In this document: piece by piece, positions 1-9,294 of the stretch | Layout of the letters: the number at the start of each line of letters is the position of its first letter | Position numbering within the stretch: the first letter of the stretch is position 1 | Assembly: GCA_039030525.1 (NCBI GenBank) | Contig: JBCCDZ010000001.1 | Coordinates: 1 to 45,161, forward strand | DNA: 45,161 nucleotides | DNA from: Pseudomonadota bacterium | GTDB taxonomy: Bacteria; Pseudomonadota; Alphaproteobacteria; Caulobacterales; Hyphomonadaceae | Reading direction: 5' to 3' | Translations under genes and position numbers: made by a program | Notes under the pieces: generated by a model | Seen by the model: only the letters and a program-made list of their open reading frames with translations | Told to the model about the DNA's origin: nothing | The model's database searches: none

Positions 1-808
1 CGCCGACGCGCTGATACTCGCCCAATTGCAGGAACCGCAGAAGCTTAGGCTGCAATTCGATCGGCATCTCGCCCAGCTCGTCGAGGAAAAGTGTTCCTCC
101 TTCGGCGATCTCAGCGGCGCCAGCGCGATCAGACGTCGCACCAGTAAAGGCGCCTTTGACGTGGCCGAAAATCTCGCTTTCGATGAGGTCCCGCGGGATC
201 GCGCCGCAATTGATGGCGACGAATTTCGCTTTTCTGCGCGGGCTCATATCGTGGACGGCGCGTGCGACCAGCTCCTTCCCGGTCCCGGTTTCGCCGGTGA
301 CAAAGACACTCGCTTTAGACGGAGCGGCGGCTTCAATGGATTTGAAAACACCCTGCATGACGAGCGATTTCCCGATGATCCCGCAGAAGTCTGAACGGTC
401 GATTTCCGCCTCGTAGTCTTGAACCACTTTCTTAAGTTGGAAGTTTTCGACAGCATTCTGCGCGGTCACGCGAAGGCGGTCTTTGGTCGTGGGCTTGACG
501 ACAAAATCAACGGCGCCGCGTCGCATCGCGTCGACCGCGACGGACATAGACCCATTTGCGGTGATCACGATGACCGGCGCGTTGAGGGCGTTATCTACCC
601 AGCGGTCGAGCAAGTCTAAGCCGTCTGCATCCGGCAATTTCAGGTCGAGGAGAATGCAATCCGGCGCCTGGGCCTCAACAGCGGCAATCGCTTTTACACC
701 GGTATCCGCAATTACGATCTCGCTAAACTCGTGGCGCAGATGCGCCTCATAGGTGCGAGACAGTGACGGCGTATCTTCAACAATTAGGAGTCGACCTAAA
801 TTCGGCAT
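1..808 (-). CDS. luxO: LuxO-like sigma-54-dependent response regulator (REC-AAA+), running off the window edge
   Basis: Not in the ORF track; translated by hand from ATG at 808: MPNLGRLLIVEDTPSLSRTY...LLDLKLPDADG...VITANGS...AMRRGAVDFVVKP..DRLRVT...DFCGIIGKS...TGETGTGKE (Walker A)...ESEIFGHVKGAFTGA...GGTLFLDE (Walker B). Closely follows Vibrio LuxO as recalled; the symbol reflects similarity, not proven orthology. Confidence 0.93.
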   Translation of the reverse strand, partial: MPNLGRLLIVEDTPSLSRTYEAHLRHEFSEIVIADTGVKAIAAVEAQAPDCILLDLKLPDADGLDLLDRWVDNALNAPVIVITANGSMSVAVDAMRRGAVDFVVKPTTKDRLRVTAQNAVENFQLKKVVQDYEAEIDRSDFCGIIGKSLVMQGVFKSIEAAAPSKASVFVTGETGTGKELVARAVHDMSPRRKAKFVAINCGAIPRDLIESEIFGHVKGAFTGATSDRAGAAEIAEGGTLFLDELGEMPIELQPKLLRFLQLGEYQRVG

Positions 809-811
809 GGT

Positions 812-3142
812 TTAGTCTCCCAAATAGTCTTGTTTGAGCGCAGTTTGGACCGCCGCCGACTCTGTTTCGATACTGGCAATGAGCGTTTCAATTTGAGCGC
901 TACTGCCTGCTTTGGCCTTTTGCTCGAGCTCTGCTGCGAGGCGGCTGAGTTCGGTTGCGCCGATATTCGACGCTGCACCTTTCAAGGAATGCGCGTGATG
1001 TTCCAATTCATTCGGCTCGGAGGTTCTCAGGCCGGGGATCCGCCAACTGAGTTCGTCCAAAAATATGCGACCAATTTCGGCATAAGTTTCGAAGTCTCCC
1101 TCCCAAACTTGCTGGATCGCGTCTGTGTCGAGTGCGTTCATTTTCGTTTCCATTGAGGGGTTGTCTGGAGTCGCCGGCAAGAGCCATTCTTTGAGGGCGT
1201 CTCGCAGCGCTTGCGGGCGAACTGGTTTTGTGACGTAGCCGGTCATGCCGTGCTCGAAGGCTTGGTCGCGGTCGCCTTTCAGGGCGTGCGCGGTCATCGC
1301 GATGATAGGTTTATCAAACCCGCGATCCCGCAACACTCTGGTGGCTTCCAAGCCGTCAACATTTGGCATCGAAACATCCATCAGGACGACATCGAAATCT
1401 GAGGCCAGCGCCGCGTCGATCGCCGCTGCGCCGTCCAGGACGTGGTGATAGTCCAGCCCCAATCGGTCGAGCATTTTCTTGGCAACCATGGCGTTGGTTT
1501 CTGAGTCTTCCGCGATCAGAACGCGGCCCGACAAGCGAACCACTTCCGCATCCTTCATGTCCGATGACTGGGCTTGCTTTTCAGCCTCTTCCACCGGGAT
1601 TGAGAATGTGAAGGTTGAGCCAACCCCTGGCGCGCTGCTGACCGATATCGTGCCATCCATAATGCTCGCAAGCTCTTGGCAAATCGCGAGTCCGAGGCCG
1701 GCACCGCCATGGCTTTTCGAACGTGAGGAGTCGGCCTGCTTGAATCGATCAAACAGCACAGCTTGGTCTTTTTTCGAAATGCCAATTCCAGTGTCTCGCA
1801 CGGACAGCGTGAGGCGTTTATTTGGTGCCTCTCGGTCATATTCAATGCTGACAGCGACTTCGCCGCGCTGCGTGAATTTGATCGCATTGCCGACCAGATT
1901 GAGAAGCACCTGCCGAACCTTGCCGACATCCGATTTTATCGAATGGCCACCTGATTTCACCTCGGTACTGAGTGTAATGCCTTTTTTCTCGGCCAAGGGG
2001 CGGAAGACTTCGGACACCAATGTTGAAAGCTCCGATGGATCGAAGACCGAGTATTCAAGATCAATTTCGCCCGCTTCGATCCGAGAGAGGTCGAGCAAGT
2101 CATCGATCAGCGTGAGCAGGGTTTCTGCTGATCGTTCCGCCGTCTTAATCAGGCCAGCCGATTCCGCGCTGATACCGTCGTCCTCAACGAGGGACAGGGA
2201 ACCGATCACTCCGTTTAGAGGTGTTCGCATCTCGTGAGACATGTTCGCTAGGAAATCAGATTTCGCAGAGTTCGCTTGTTCCGCCGCCTCTTTTGACTGC
2301 CGCAATTGCTGTTCCCTGGCGAGGCGGTCGGAGATATCCCGGATAACGCCATAGTATAAAGCGCCATCTTCACTTTCGATTTTTCGTCCAAGCAACTCGG
2401 TTGGCACGCGCTCTTGTTGTGCGTTTACGAAATCCATCTGCACGCGCACGGTTTCGCCGTTACCCGCGCTCGCCATACCTGCTAGCGCTGCCGCGAGGCT
2501 CTCGGCTGGCACGAAGTCCATGGCTGGTCTTTTTAGCATTTCCTCCTTCGGATACCCGGCGAGTTCGCAGGCCAGCGTGTTGGCGTCCAACAGATCGCCT
2601 TTGCCATTGATCACGACAATCGCGTCTGGAGAAAGCTCGAACAGACTTTGAAAGCGTTCTTCCGAGGCGCGCAGCTCGTCTTGGGCCGCGCGTGCCTGAG
2701 TGATATCCCGAAGGTAGGCTGAGAAAAACTTAGTGCCGCCAAACTCGACCGGCGAAATGGCCAGCTCAACCAGCAGCTCATCGCCTGCTTTGTTTGTTGC
2801 GGGCACTTCGATGCGTTGATTGAGAACGGCATGCTCCCCCGTGCTCAAATAGTGCTTCAGCCCGTTATGATGCGCGTCTCTTAGATTGGCGGGAATGATG
2901 AGGTCGGCGAGTTGTGCGCCGACAGCCTCTGCGCGGGTGTAACCGAAGACCTGTTCCGCCGCGGGATTAAACTCAACGATAAGTCCGGCCTGATCCATCA
3001 TGATGATGCAATCCAGCGCCGCATCGATTACCGCATTGCGAAGCGCGTTGTCTCGCTCAATTGCAACAAGTGTGTTTTTGGCATCAGCCATCTCAGAGTC
3101 CCCGCTGCGCATCACATTGCGCCGCTTGTTTTGTTCGTTCAT
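812..3142 (-). CDS. Hybrid sensor histidine kinase, PAS-PAS-HisKA-HATPase-REC-Hpt
   Basis: H-box FLANMSHEMRTPLNG, N-box NLVGNAIKFT, G-boxes DTGIGI and GAGLGL, REC (IAEDSETN, LMDVSMP, TKP), Hpt HHAHSLKGAASNIGA. No transmembrane segment seen. ATG at 3142 follows AAGGTGAG; the track extends to 3175. Confidence 0.95.
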   Translation of the reverse strand: MNEQNKRRNVMRSGDSEMADAKNTLVAIERDNALRNAVIDAALDCIIMMDQAGLIVEFNPAAEQVFGYTRAEAVGAQLADLIIPANLRDAHHNGLKHYLSTGEHAVLNQRIEVPATNKAGDELLVELAISPVEFGGTKFFSAYLRDITQARAAQDELRASEERFQSLFELSPDAIVVINGKGDLLDANTLACELAGYPKEEMLKRPAMDFVPAESLAAALAGMASAGNGETVRVQMDFVNAQQERVPTELLGRKIESEDGALYYGVIRDISDRLAREQQLRQSKEAAEQANSAKSDFLANMSHEMRTPLNGVIGSLSLVEDDGISAESAGLIKTAERSAETLLTLIDDLLDLSRIEAGEIDLEYSVFDPSELSTLVSEVFRPLAEKKGITLSTEVKSGGHSIKSDVGKVRQVLLNLVGNAIKFTQRGEVAVSIEYDREAPNKRLTLSVRDTGIGISKKDQAVLFDRFKQADSSRSKSHGGAGLGLAICQELASIMDGTISVSSAPGVGSTFTFSIPVEEAEKQAQSSDMKDAEVVRLSGRVLIAEDSETNAMVAKKMLDRLGLDYHHVLDGAAAIDAALASDFDVVLMDVSMPNVDGLEATRVLRDRGFDKPIIAMTAHALKGDRDQAFEHGMTGYVTKPVRPQALRDALKEWLLPATPDNPSMETKMNALDTDAIQQVWEGDFETYAEIGRIFLDELSWRIPGLRTSEPNELEHHAHSLKGAASNIGATELSRLAAELEQKAKAGSSAQIETLIASIETESAAVQTALKQDYLGD

Positions 3143-3217
3143 TGCCCGTCTCACCTTGCTTGCCAGGCGAGTCATGCAATTTCCAATTCAAACCCCGAGC
3201 ATCTAAAATCTGCCTTT

Positions 3218-3232
3218 TTAACAGTAAGTTAG
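3218..3232. promoter_or_regulatory. Putative CtrA-type box (TTAA-N7-TTAG, one mismatch)
   Basis: TTAACAGTAAGTTAG upstream of the kinase gene; CtrA consensus is TTAA-N7-TTAA. Confidence 0.35.
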
Positions 3233-3264
3233 ACTAAGATCGCGGAGTTTACCCCGCCATCTCT

Positions 3265-3321
3265 TTGCAATATGCCACATGAACATTTGCAAAATGCAAA
3301 TTTTGGTGATGCAAATTGCGG
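3265..3321. promoter_or_regulatory. Three LuxO-type boxes spaced 22 bp apart
   Basis: TTGCA-ATA-TGCCA (3265), TTGCA-AAA-TGCAA (3287, perfect), ATGCA-AAT-TGCGG (3309). Confidence 0.7.
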
Positions 3322-3336
3322 CACTCTTGCGGGTCA

Positions 3337-4773
3337 CTAGTAAGCGCCTCTTGCGGAAAGCACTGCCATTGGCGTTTTGAGAAGAATTCCAATGTCGAGC
3401 CAGATGGACCGTTTTTGCAGATAGGCGACGTCCAGCACGACTTGCCGATCGAAGGGCAGGTCTGCTCGGCCTTGGATTTGCCAGAAGCAGGTGATCCCGG
3501 GCTTTCCGCGCAAGCGACGGCGTTCCACTGCCGAGTACTTTTCGACTTCGACCGGAAGCGCCGGGCGCGGACCGACCAGGGACATGTCACCTTTTAGAAC
3601 GTTCCAGAGTTGCGGAAGCTCATCGATTGAGAACTTTCGGATCAAGCGGCCAACGGCGGTAATACGCGGATCGCGTTTGAGCTTGAAAGTCACACCATCA
3701 TTACGGTCATGAGTCTGCTTACTCAGTTCTTCTTGTGAAGGCCCATCAATCCGCATGGAGCGGAATTTGTAGATTTCGAATGGCCTGCCATTCTCACCAA
3801 TTCGGATTTGGCGGTACAAAGCGGACCCCTTGCTTTCCAAGCGAATAGCCAAAGCGGTTCCGATGAGAAGCGGTGACAGCGCTAAGATCCCTATCGCCGA
3901 GGCAACGATATCCATGCCGCGCGCCAGTCCGCGATCGAACGCTTTAAGAAGCGAGCGCTTGTGTCGTGACAAAGTAAATCCGGCGGCGCTGGCGAGGAAG
4001 GTGAAATTGCCGACCAGGTAGCGTTGCCACATTCGGCGGGGTTCGCATTTGAGGCGATACAGCCACTCTGTGCCGGTTTCGCGCATCCAATTCGGCGCGC
4101 GCGGGATGCGCCCGGAAACAAAGTCGAGCAAACCGCCGACGCCGAGAACAACGGGGGCGTGCAAACGATGCCGGACTCTCGCCAACCAGACGTCCTGTGA
4201 AGGGACGCCAAAGGCGACGAACACGACGCGGGCGCCAGACGCATTGATCTTGGCGATAATCTCATCTTCTTCGCGCGGGCTGAAAAAGCCATGTTGATGG
4301 CCAGCCACTTTGAGGTTGGGACATTTGTCTTGCGCATTCTTAGCGGCATCGGCAGCAACACCATCCTGACCGCCGAGGAAGAAGACAGGTATCTTGCGGA
4401 ATGCCAAACATCTGCAAAGGGGCTCAAATAGATCTGTACCATTGAGATTGGCGCCAAGCGCTGTGCGATCCAGTTTCGCGGCGAGCGCAATGCCGGATCC
4501 ATCCGGGAGCAAAGCGTCGACATTCTGGAGTGTGTCGCGATACCGCCAGTCTTTGCGAGCAACATTTGAACAATGCGCGTTCAAAAAAGCGATATGCGTG
4601 GGCGTTCTCGACTGCGCGCGATCCGCAATCCAATAGATCGTTTCTGCAAGTTCTGCATTAGCGACATCAAAGCCCAAAAGTTGAGATGTTTTCAGGCGGC
4701 GCTTGGGGCCGACCTGCGGACGACTAGCGCGGGGCGCTGAGTAATCTGCCGACTGAATCTGTTGCGTTTGCAT
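3337..4773 (-). CDS. Fusion of WecB/TagA/CpsF glycosyltransferase and priming sugar-phosphate transferase (Bac_transf)
   Basis: N-half: FLNAH, LPDGSGI, NLNGTDL, AFGVPSQD, GVGGLLDF, RAPNWMR, EPRRMWQRY. C-half: R.MDIV.S, KFRSM, DPRIT.VGR.IRK.SIDELPQL.NVLKGDMSLVGPRP, KPGIT. RBS GGAG. Confidence 0.93.
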   Translation of the reverse strand: MQTQQIQSADYSAPRASRPQVGPKRRLKTSQLLGFDVANAELAETIYWIADRAQSRTPTHIAFLNAHCSNVARKDWRYRDTLQNVDALLPDGSGIALAAKLDRTALGANLNGTDLFEPLCRCLAFRKIPVFFLGGQDGVAADAAKNAQDKCPNLKVAGHQHGFFSPREEDEIIAKINASGARVVFVAFGVPSQDVWLARVRHRLHAPVVLGVGGLLDFVSGRIPRAPNWMRETGTEWLYRLKCEPRRMWQRYLVGNFTFLASAAGFTLSRHKRSLLKAFDRGLARGMDIVASAIGILALSPLLIGTALAIRLESKGSALYRQIRIGENGRPFEIYKFRSMRIDGPSQEELSKQTHDRNDGVTFKLKRDPRITAVGRLIRKFSIDELPQLWNVLKGDMSLVGPRPALPVEVEKYSAVERRRLRGKPGITCFWQIQGRADLPFDRQVVLDVAYLQKRSIWLDIGILLKTPMAVLSARGAY

Positions 4774-4810
4774 TTGCGATCTCCTGCATGCGTTGTTCGA
4801 TAAACAGGCC

Positions 4811-4825
4811 GCAGGAAGCGTTCCG
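4811..4825 (-). promoter_or_regulatory. Sigma-54 (-24/-12) promoter of the WecB/priming transferase gene
   Basis: Minus strand CGGAACGCTTCCTGC = GG-N10-GC, 38 bp upstream of the ATG; IHF-like AAACAATATATTA at 4855-4867 lies between it and the enhancer boxes. Confidence 0.65.
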
Positions 4826-4901
4826 CACGCGCCGAAGGACAGAAATTACAGATAAAACAATATATTAGTGGCTGAGCATGACGCGATTAGGCCATCCGCG
4901 C

Positions 4902-4984
4902 TCGCATTTCGCCAGATACGCAAGCGGCATTTTGCAAGGCATTTCGCAATTTGCAGATTGCGAAACGTGAGACCGGAATTGCAA
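4902..4984. promoter_or_regulatory. Cluster of degenerate LuxO-type boxes in the divergent promoter region
   Basis: TCGCA-TTT-CGCCA (4902), CGGCA-TTT-TGCAA (4925), AGGCA-TTT-CGCAA (4937), TCGCA-ATT-TGCAG (4944), TTGCA-GAT-TGCGA (4951), half site TGCAA ending at 4984. Confidence 0.6.
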
Positions 4985-5009
4985 AATACTCAATAAATAC
5001 AACATTTAA

Positions 5010-5024
5010 TGGCACAGTCGTTCG
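5010..5024 (+). promoter_or_regulatory. Possible sigma-54 promoter of the flippase operon (non-canonical -12)
   Basis: TGGCACAGTCGTTCG: perfect -24 TGGCAC, but TTCG instead of TTGC at -12. Confidence 0.4.
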
Positions 5025-5084
5025 ATGCTGCGAAACTGAAGCGATTCTTGAACCTGTCTTTCCAAATCCAATGAGGAGAGATCG

Positions 5085-6365
5085 GTGATCCAATCGACCT
5101 ACAGAAATGCAAAAGCGCGAATGCGACGGCTGACGGCACACAAGCTTGCTCGAAATGTCGGCTGGCTGACGGCTGCCGAACTGGTCAGCCGGTTCGGGCG
5201 CATTATCGCCGCCATCATTCTCGCACGACAACTGGATGCCGTCGCATTTGGCATCGCCGCGATCGCTCTGACCATTTTTGAGATCGTCCGGGTTTTCACC
5301 GAAAACGGGATTGGCGCTGCGGTCATACGCGCCAAGCTACAGGATTTCGAAAAGACCGCGAACACCGCCTATCGCGTGATGTGGTGTGTGTGTTTGCTCC
5401 TGGCACTCGTGCAGCTGGCGGCAGGGTTGATTGTCGAATGGGCGCTGCCTGGGCGACACGCCGGAGCCATGGTCGCGATGCTGGGCCTCGTCTTCTTGAT
5501 GATGCCGTTCGGCGTCATGCACGCCTATTGCCTGTTGCGGGACGAACGTATGAAAGAGCTGGCTGGCATATCAACGGCGCAGGTTGCGGCGGATCATATA
5601 CTCACAGCGGTGCTGGCGATTTTGGGATTTGGCGCCTGGGCGATTGTGTTGCCGAAGCTTCTCACCGCACCGATCTGGTTGATCGGTATGCTGCGAACAA
5701 AAGCTTGGGTGCGTCGACCTAAGGCGGGGTTTGCGCCGCTGCGGGGGATGCTGATTTTCTCTCTCCCCGTCCTGGCGTCTGAGCTCGTTTGCGCGTTCCG
5801 CGATCAGCTGGACAAATTCATCGTTTCCTTTGCGTTCGGCGTCGAAGCGCTCGGGCTCTACTATTTTGCCTACAATGCCGGCCTCGGGGTGTCGACGGCG
5901 CTCAATCGCGCCTTCACCAATGCCGTCTACCCGCACCTTTGCGCCGCGAAAGACCGCGTCTCTGCCTATCGCAAAGCGATCCTAAACCTGGGCGTTCCCT
6001 TCAGCCTCTTATACGGACTACAAGCGGTGGGCGCCTTGATCTATGTGCCGATTGTATTCAGTGAGGCCTGGGCCCCAGCGGCCCCACTCGTTGCCGTTCT
6101 ATGTTTGGGCGGTCCGGCCAGGTTGATGGTTGATGCCGCACGAATGCGGGCGCGCGCGGACGGCCACTCAGGCCAGGACTTCAAAATTTCACTCGGCCTT
6201 TCGATCAGCGTTCTGTTGCCATTCCTGGTTCTGTCTGGACACGGACTGTTCGCGGTCGCGGCGATATCGGTCGCGATGGCATCGGTCTTCGCGATTGTCG
6301 TCACGCAGATGATGAGCGCCAAACCTTCAATCTCGAAATCCGCAACCGCAGGAGCCGCAACATGA
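5085..6365 (+). CDS. wzx: Wzx-type oligosaccharide flippase
   Basis: Multi-TM protein with ILARQLDAVAFG, GIGAAVI, DKFIV..FG.EALGLYYFA motifs; GTG start after GAGGAG. Confidence 0.88.
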   Translation: MIQSTYRNAKARMRRLTAHKLARNVGWLTAAELVSRFGRIIAAIILARQLDAVAFGIAAIALTIFEIVRVFTENGIGAAVIRAKLQDFEKTANTAYRVMWCVCLLLALVQLAAGLIVEWALPGRHAGAMVAMLGLVFLMMPFGVMHAYCLLRDERMKELAGISTAQVAADHILTAVLAILGFGAWAIVLPKLLTAPIWLIGMLRTKAWVRRPKAGFAPLRGMLIFSLPVLASELVCAFRDQLDKFIVSFAFGVEALGLYYFAYNAGLGVSTALNRAFTNAVYPHLCAAKDRVSAYRKAILNLGVPFSLLYGLQAVGALIYVPIVFSEAWAPAAPLVAVLCLGGPARLMVDAARMRARADGHSGQDFKISLGLSISVLLPFLVLSGHGLFAVAAISVAMASVFAIVVTQMMSAKPSISKSATAGAAT

Positions 6366-7300
6366 CGCGCCATCCGACTGTTTCTATCATCATGCCAGCC
6401 TATCGCGCCCGCGACACGATCGCAGAATCGATCCGAAGCGTGCAGGCGCAAACGCTGAACCATTGGGAATTGATCATCGTTGACGATGGCTCGCCCGACG
6501 ACACAGCTCAAGTCGCGAAAGACATGGCGCAGTCCGATCCGCGTATTTGCGTCGTGCAAAGATGCAATCGGGGGCCATCGATCGCGCGCAATATCGGTGT
6601 TGATCTCGTCCGGGCAGAGATCATTGCGTTTCTCGACGCGGACGATTTGTGGGCACCAGAACGGCTCGCTGGAATGGTCGACGCGTTTGCGCAAAACCCG
6701 CGTGCCGGTGTGCTGTTTAGTCGAACCCGGTTTGTCGATGTCGAGACGATGAAGCCGGGTACGCTGACGCCTTTTATTCCGACGCTGAACGCCAGCGATA
6801 TCGCGTGCGAGAATGCGCTATGCAGCACGTCGAATATTGTCTGCCGAAGCGCTGTCTTTACCGAGATCGGAGGCTTCAGGCCGGGCCTGAACTATGCCGA
6901 AGATCAGGACTGGTTGTTCCGTGTCGCGCTGTCCGAGAAATGGGACATTCAGGGCGTCGATCAGGAGTGGTTCTTCTATCGCTCCTCTCCAGAAAGCCAA
7001 TCTGGCGACCTGGAAGCGATGCGGCTGGGCTGGTCCCGAATGATCGAGGACGTGACCGAAGCATACCGCGACAAAGCCACAAACGCCGCCCGCAAAGCGT
7101 ATGGTCCGATCCACCGACAGCTCGCGCGGCGCGCCTTGCGGACGGGACAGTCGCGAGCGGCAGTGAAATATCTCCGGATGGCCCTGCACCAGGACCCATT
7201 GCTCTTGCTGCGGCAACCCAGGCGCACGTTTCTGACCCTTGCCGGCACCGCGCTTTCTTTCATTCCAAGTTCAACCGTAAAGGAGCTCGTAGCTCAATGA
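6362..7300 (+). CDS. Glycosyltransferase family 2
   Basis: VSIIMPAY, IIVDDGSPD, GPSIARN.G, FLDADD, AEDQDW; ATGA overlap with the flippase. Confidence 0.93.
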   Translation: MTRHPTVSIIMPAYRARDTIAESIRSVQAQTLNHWELIIVDDGSPDDTAQVAKDMAQSDPRICVVQRCNRGPSIARNIGVDLVRAEIIAFLDADDLWAPERLAGMVDAFAQNPRAGVLFSRTRFVDVETMKPGTLTPFIPTLNASDIACENALCSTSNIVCRSAVFTEIGGFRPGLNYAEDQDWLFRVALSEKWDIQGVDQEWFFYRSSPESQSGDLEAMRLGWSRMIEDVTEAYRDKATNAARKAYGPIHRQLARRALRTGQSRAAVKYLRMALHQDPLLLLRQPRRTFLTLAGTALSFIPSSTVKELVAQ

Positions 7301-8274
7301 AGACCCCGATCATTTCAGTCATTATGCCGGTTTATAATACGGCACAATATATTCAGGCCGCCATCGATTCTGTGTTGGCGCAGACTTTTGTCAATTTCGA
7401 ACTCTTGATCGTCGACGATGAGGGAAAAGATGAGTCGATCGCGCTTTGCCGCGGGTATAATGATCCTCGGATCCGCATCATATCGCAGGCCAATCGCGGT
7501 CTCGCTGGCGCGCGCAATACCGGCATTCGAAATGCCCGCGGTCAGTTCATTGCATTGCTCGATTCCGATGATCTGTGGGAAGTCGAAAAGCTTGAACGCC
7601 ACGTTGAGCATCTTCGCCGCTCTCCGCATATCGGCGTCAGCTATGCGGCGTCCACGATGATTGACGATGAGGGGAACTTTCTTCGCATCGTCCAGCACCC
7701 GAAACTGCGCAATGTTGAGCCCAAGGATGTGTTCTTGCGCAATCCTGTGGGCAATGGATCCGCCCCGGTGCTGCGACGCGCCGTGTTCGAGGATATCGGC
7801 TATCTGAACCGCGACCGCGAAGAGATCGACTATTTCGACGAAACCTTCCGCCAGTCTGAAGATATTGAATGCTGGTGCCGGATTGCGCTGACCACCGATT
7901 GGGGGTTCGAGGGGATCAAAGGTGCCTATACGCGGTATCGTATCAATGAAGGCGGTTTGTCAGCGAACGTCGTTAAACAATTCGCGACCTGGTCGCGCGT
8001 CAAAGACCGCGTCACCCAATTGGACCCAAATTTCGCAAAGCAATGGGCCCCGCACGCTGAAGCCTTTCAATTGCGATACCTGGCGCGCCGGTGCGTGCGC
8101 ATGGGCGAAGGGGCAATGGCCTGGTCCTTGATCAAGGATGCGGTTTCAACCTGCCCGAATATCTTCCTGGCAGAGCCTATCAAAACAACGACCACGCTGA
8201 TCGCAGCGTCTGTGCTTCGGTTCCTTCCACCGACGCTCAACCGGCCGCTGCAAGCCATGATCGCGAAGGGGTAA
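7297..8274 (+). CDS. Glycosyltransferase family 2
   Basis: MKTPIISVIMPVYN, IVDDEG, NRGLAGARN.G, LLDSDD, SEDIECW; true start ATG 7297 (RBS AAGGAG, ATGA overlap). Confidence 0.93.
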   Translation: MKTPIISVIMPVYNTAQYIQAAIDSVLAQTFVNFELLIVDDEGKDESIALCRGYNDPRIRIISQANRGLAGARNTGIRNARGQFIALLDSDDLWEVEKLERHVEHLRRSPHIGVSYAASTMIDDEGNFLRIVQHPKLRNVEPKDVFLRNPVGNGSAPVLRRAVFEDIGYLNRDREEIDYFDETFRQSEDIECWCRIALTTDWGFEGIKGAYTRYRINEGGLSANVVKQFATWSRVKDRVTQLDPNFAKQWAPHAEAFQLRYLARRCVRMGEGAMAWSLIKDAVSTCPNIFLAEPIKTTTTLIAASVLRFLPPTLNRPLQAMIAKG

Positions 8275-8277
8275 AAT

Positions 8278-9294
8278 ATGACGAACCCGACTAGAATTGT
8301 GCATGTGCTAGATGACCTCGCTATGGGCGGCGTGACGCGCGCATTGAAGAATTTTGAGCACCCCAAATTGAAAGATATCGGCGCGCATGAGATCGCTGAT
8401 ATTCGCAAGGAAAAGGTCAGAGCTGCGTCACCGGACGATATCGCTGTCGTGCATTTTACCGCCAATTGGCAGAAACTGGGCTGGCTTCTGGATTTGAAGA
8501 CGCGAGGAGGATTCTCGCGGATTATTCTGATCGAACATACCTATACGCGGGGCTATGAAGCGAGCGAAGTGAAGCCCAAGAACCGCTTTCGCCTGATGTT
8601 GCGATTGGCGTATCACCTGGTCGATCAAGTGGTCGCTGTTTCCGAAAATCAGCGCGATTGGATGCTCGAACTTCGGCTCTCACCTGCGTCGAAAATAGCG
8701 CCCATTCCGCAGTCCAGGCTGTGCGAAGACTTACTCAAACTGCCGCCCAAACCGCGTGATGATGGCCCGCTTCAGATCCGCGCCTTTGGACGGTTCCATA
8801 AGCAGAAAGGCTTTGATCTCTTAATCCAGGCGATGCAGCGCGTGCCCGCGCACATGGCGACTCTAAAGATCGCTGGCGCCGGCCCAGACAAGGCGCGGCT
8901 GCAAGACCTTTCCAGCCAGCTGGGCCATGTCGAGATTTGCCAGTCCTTCAAATCGCCCGTGCAGTTTTTGAGCGCCGCCGACATTGTCGCCGTCCCGTCC
9001 CGGTGGGAGGCTTTCGGGCTCGTCGGCACCGAAGCCAGAGCTGCTGGTCGCCCAATCATTGCGGCGCAAATCGACGGATTATGCGATCAGCTGGACGACT
9101 CAGGCTTTGGTCATTCCGCCAATAGCGTCCCCAGTCTGGTTAGAGCGATCTATTGCGCGGCCTTGGCGAATGATCTCGCCAAACGCGGACAGCAGGCGCG
9201 GACCCGGGCTGCGGATGAATTCGATACGATGATTGATCGTTGGCACAGCCTGCTCAGCCAACAGGATCAGATTGAGCGAGCATTGGCGATATGA
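8278..9294 (+). CDS. Glycosyltransferase family 4
   Basis: MGGV, GRFHKQKGFDLL, VPSRWEAFGLVGTEARAAGRPII (EX7E motif). Confidence 0.92.
   Translation: MTNPTRIVHVLDDLAMGGVTRALKNFEHPKLKDIGAHEIADIRKEKVRAASPDDIAVVHFTANWQKLGWLLDLKTRGGFSRIILIEHTYTRGYEASEVKPKNRFRLMLRLAYHLVDQVVAVSENQRDWMLELRLSPASKIAPIPQSRLCEDLLKLPPKPRDDGPLQIRAFGRFHKQKGFDLLIQAMQRVPAHMATLKIAGAGPDKARLQDLSSQLGHVEICQSFKSPVQFLSAADIVAVPSRWEAFGLVGTEARAAGRPIIAAQIDGLCDQLDDSGFGHSANSVPSLVRAIYCAALANDLAKRGQQARTRAADEFDTMIDRWHSLLSQQDQIERALAI

Noticed and set aside
26-752. Plus-strand ORFs of 66-122 aa
   Set aside because: Antisense shadows of the LuxO-like gene, which the track missed because it runs off the window.
1479-2237. 252-aa plus-strand ORF
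   Set aside because: Antisense to the conserved kinase core; Ser/Arg-rich shadow with no motifs.
3176-3336. Qrr-like small RNA next to the luxO-like operon
   Set aside because: No correctly spaced sigma-54 promoter, Qrr-like core or terminator was seen.
6805-7296. N-terminal extension of the 489-aa GT2 ORF
   Set aside because: Overlaps the preceding GT2 in another frame; RBS and ATGA coupling place the start at 7297. The same reasoning applies to the extensions at 22988, 24785, 13146, 16530, 29952, 31238 and 31498.
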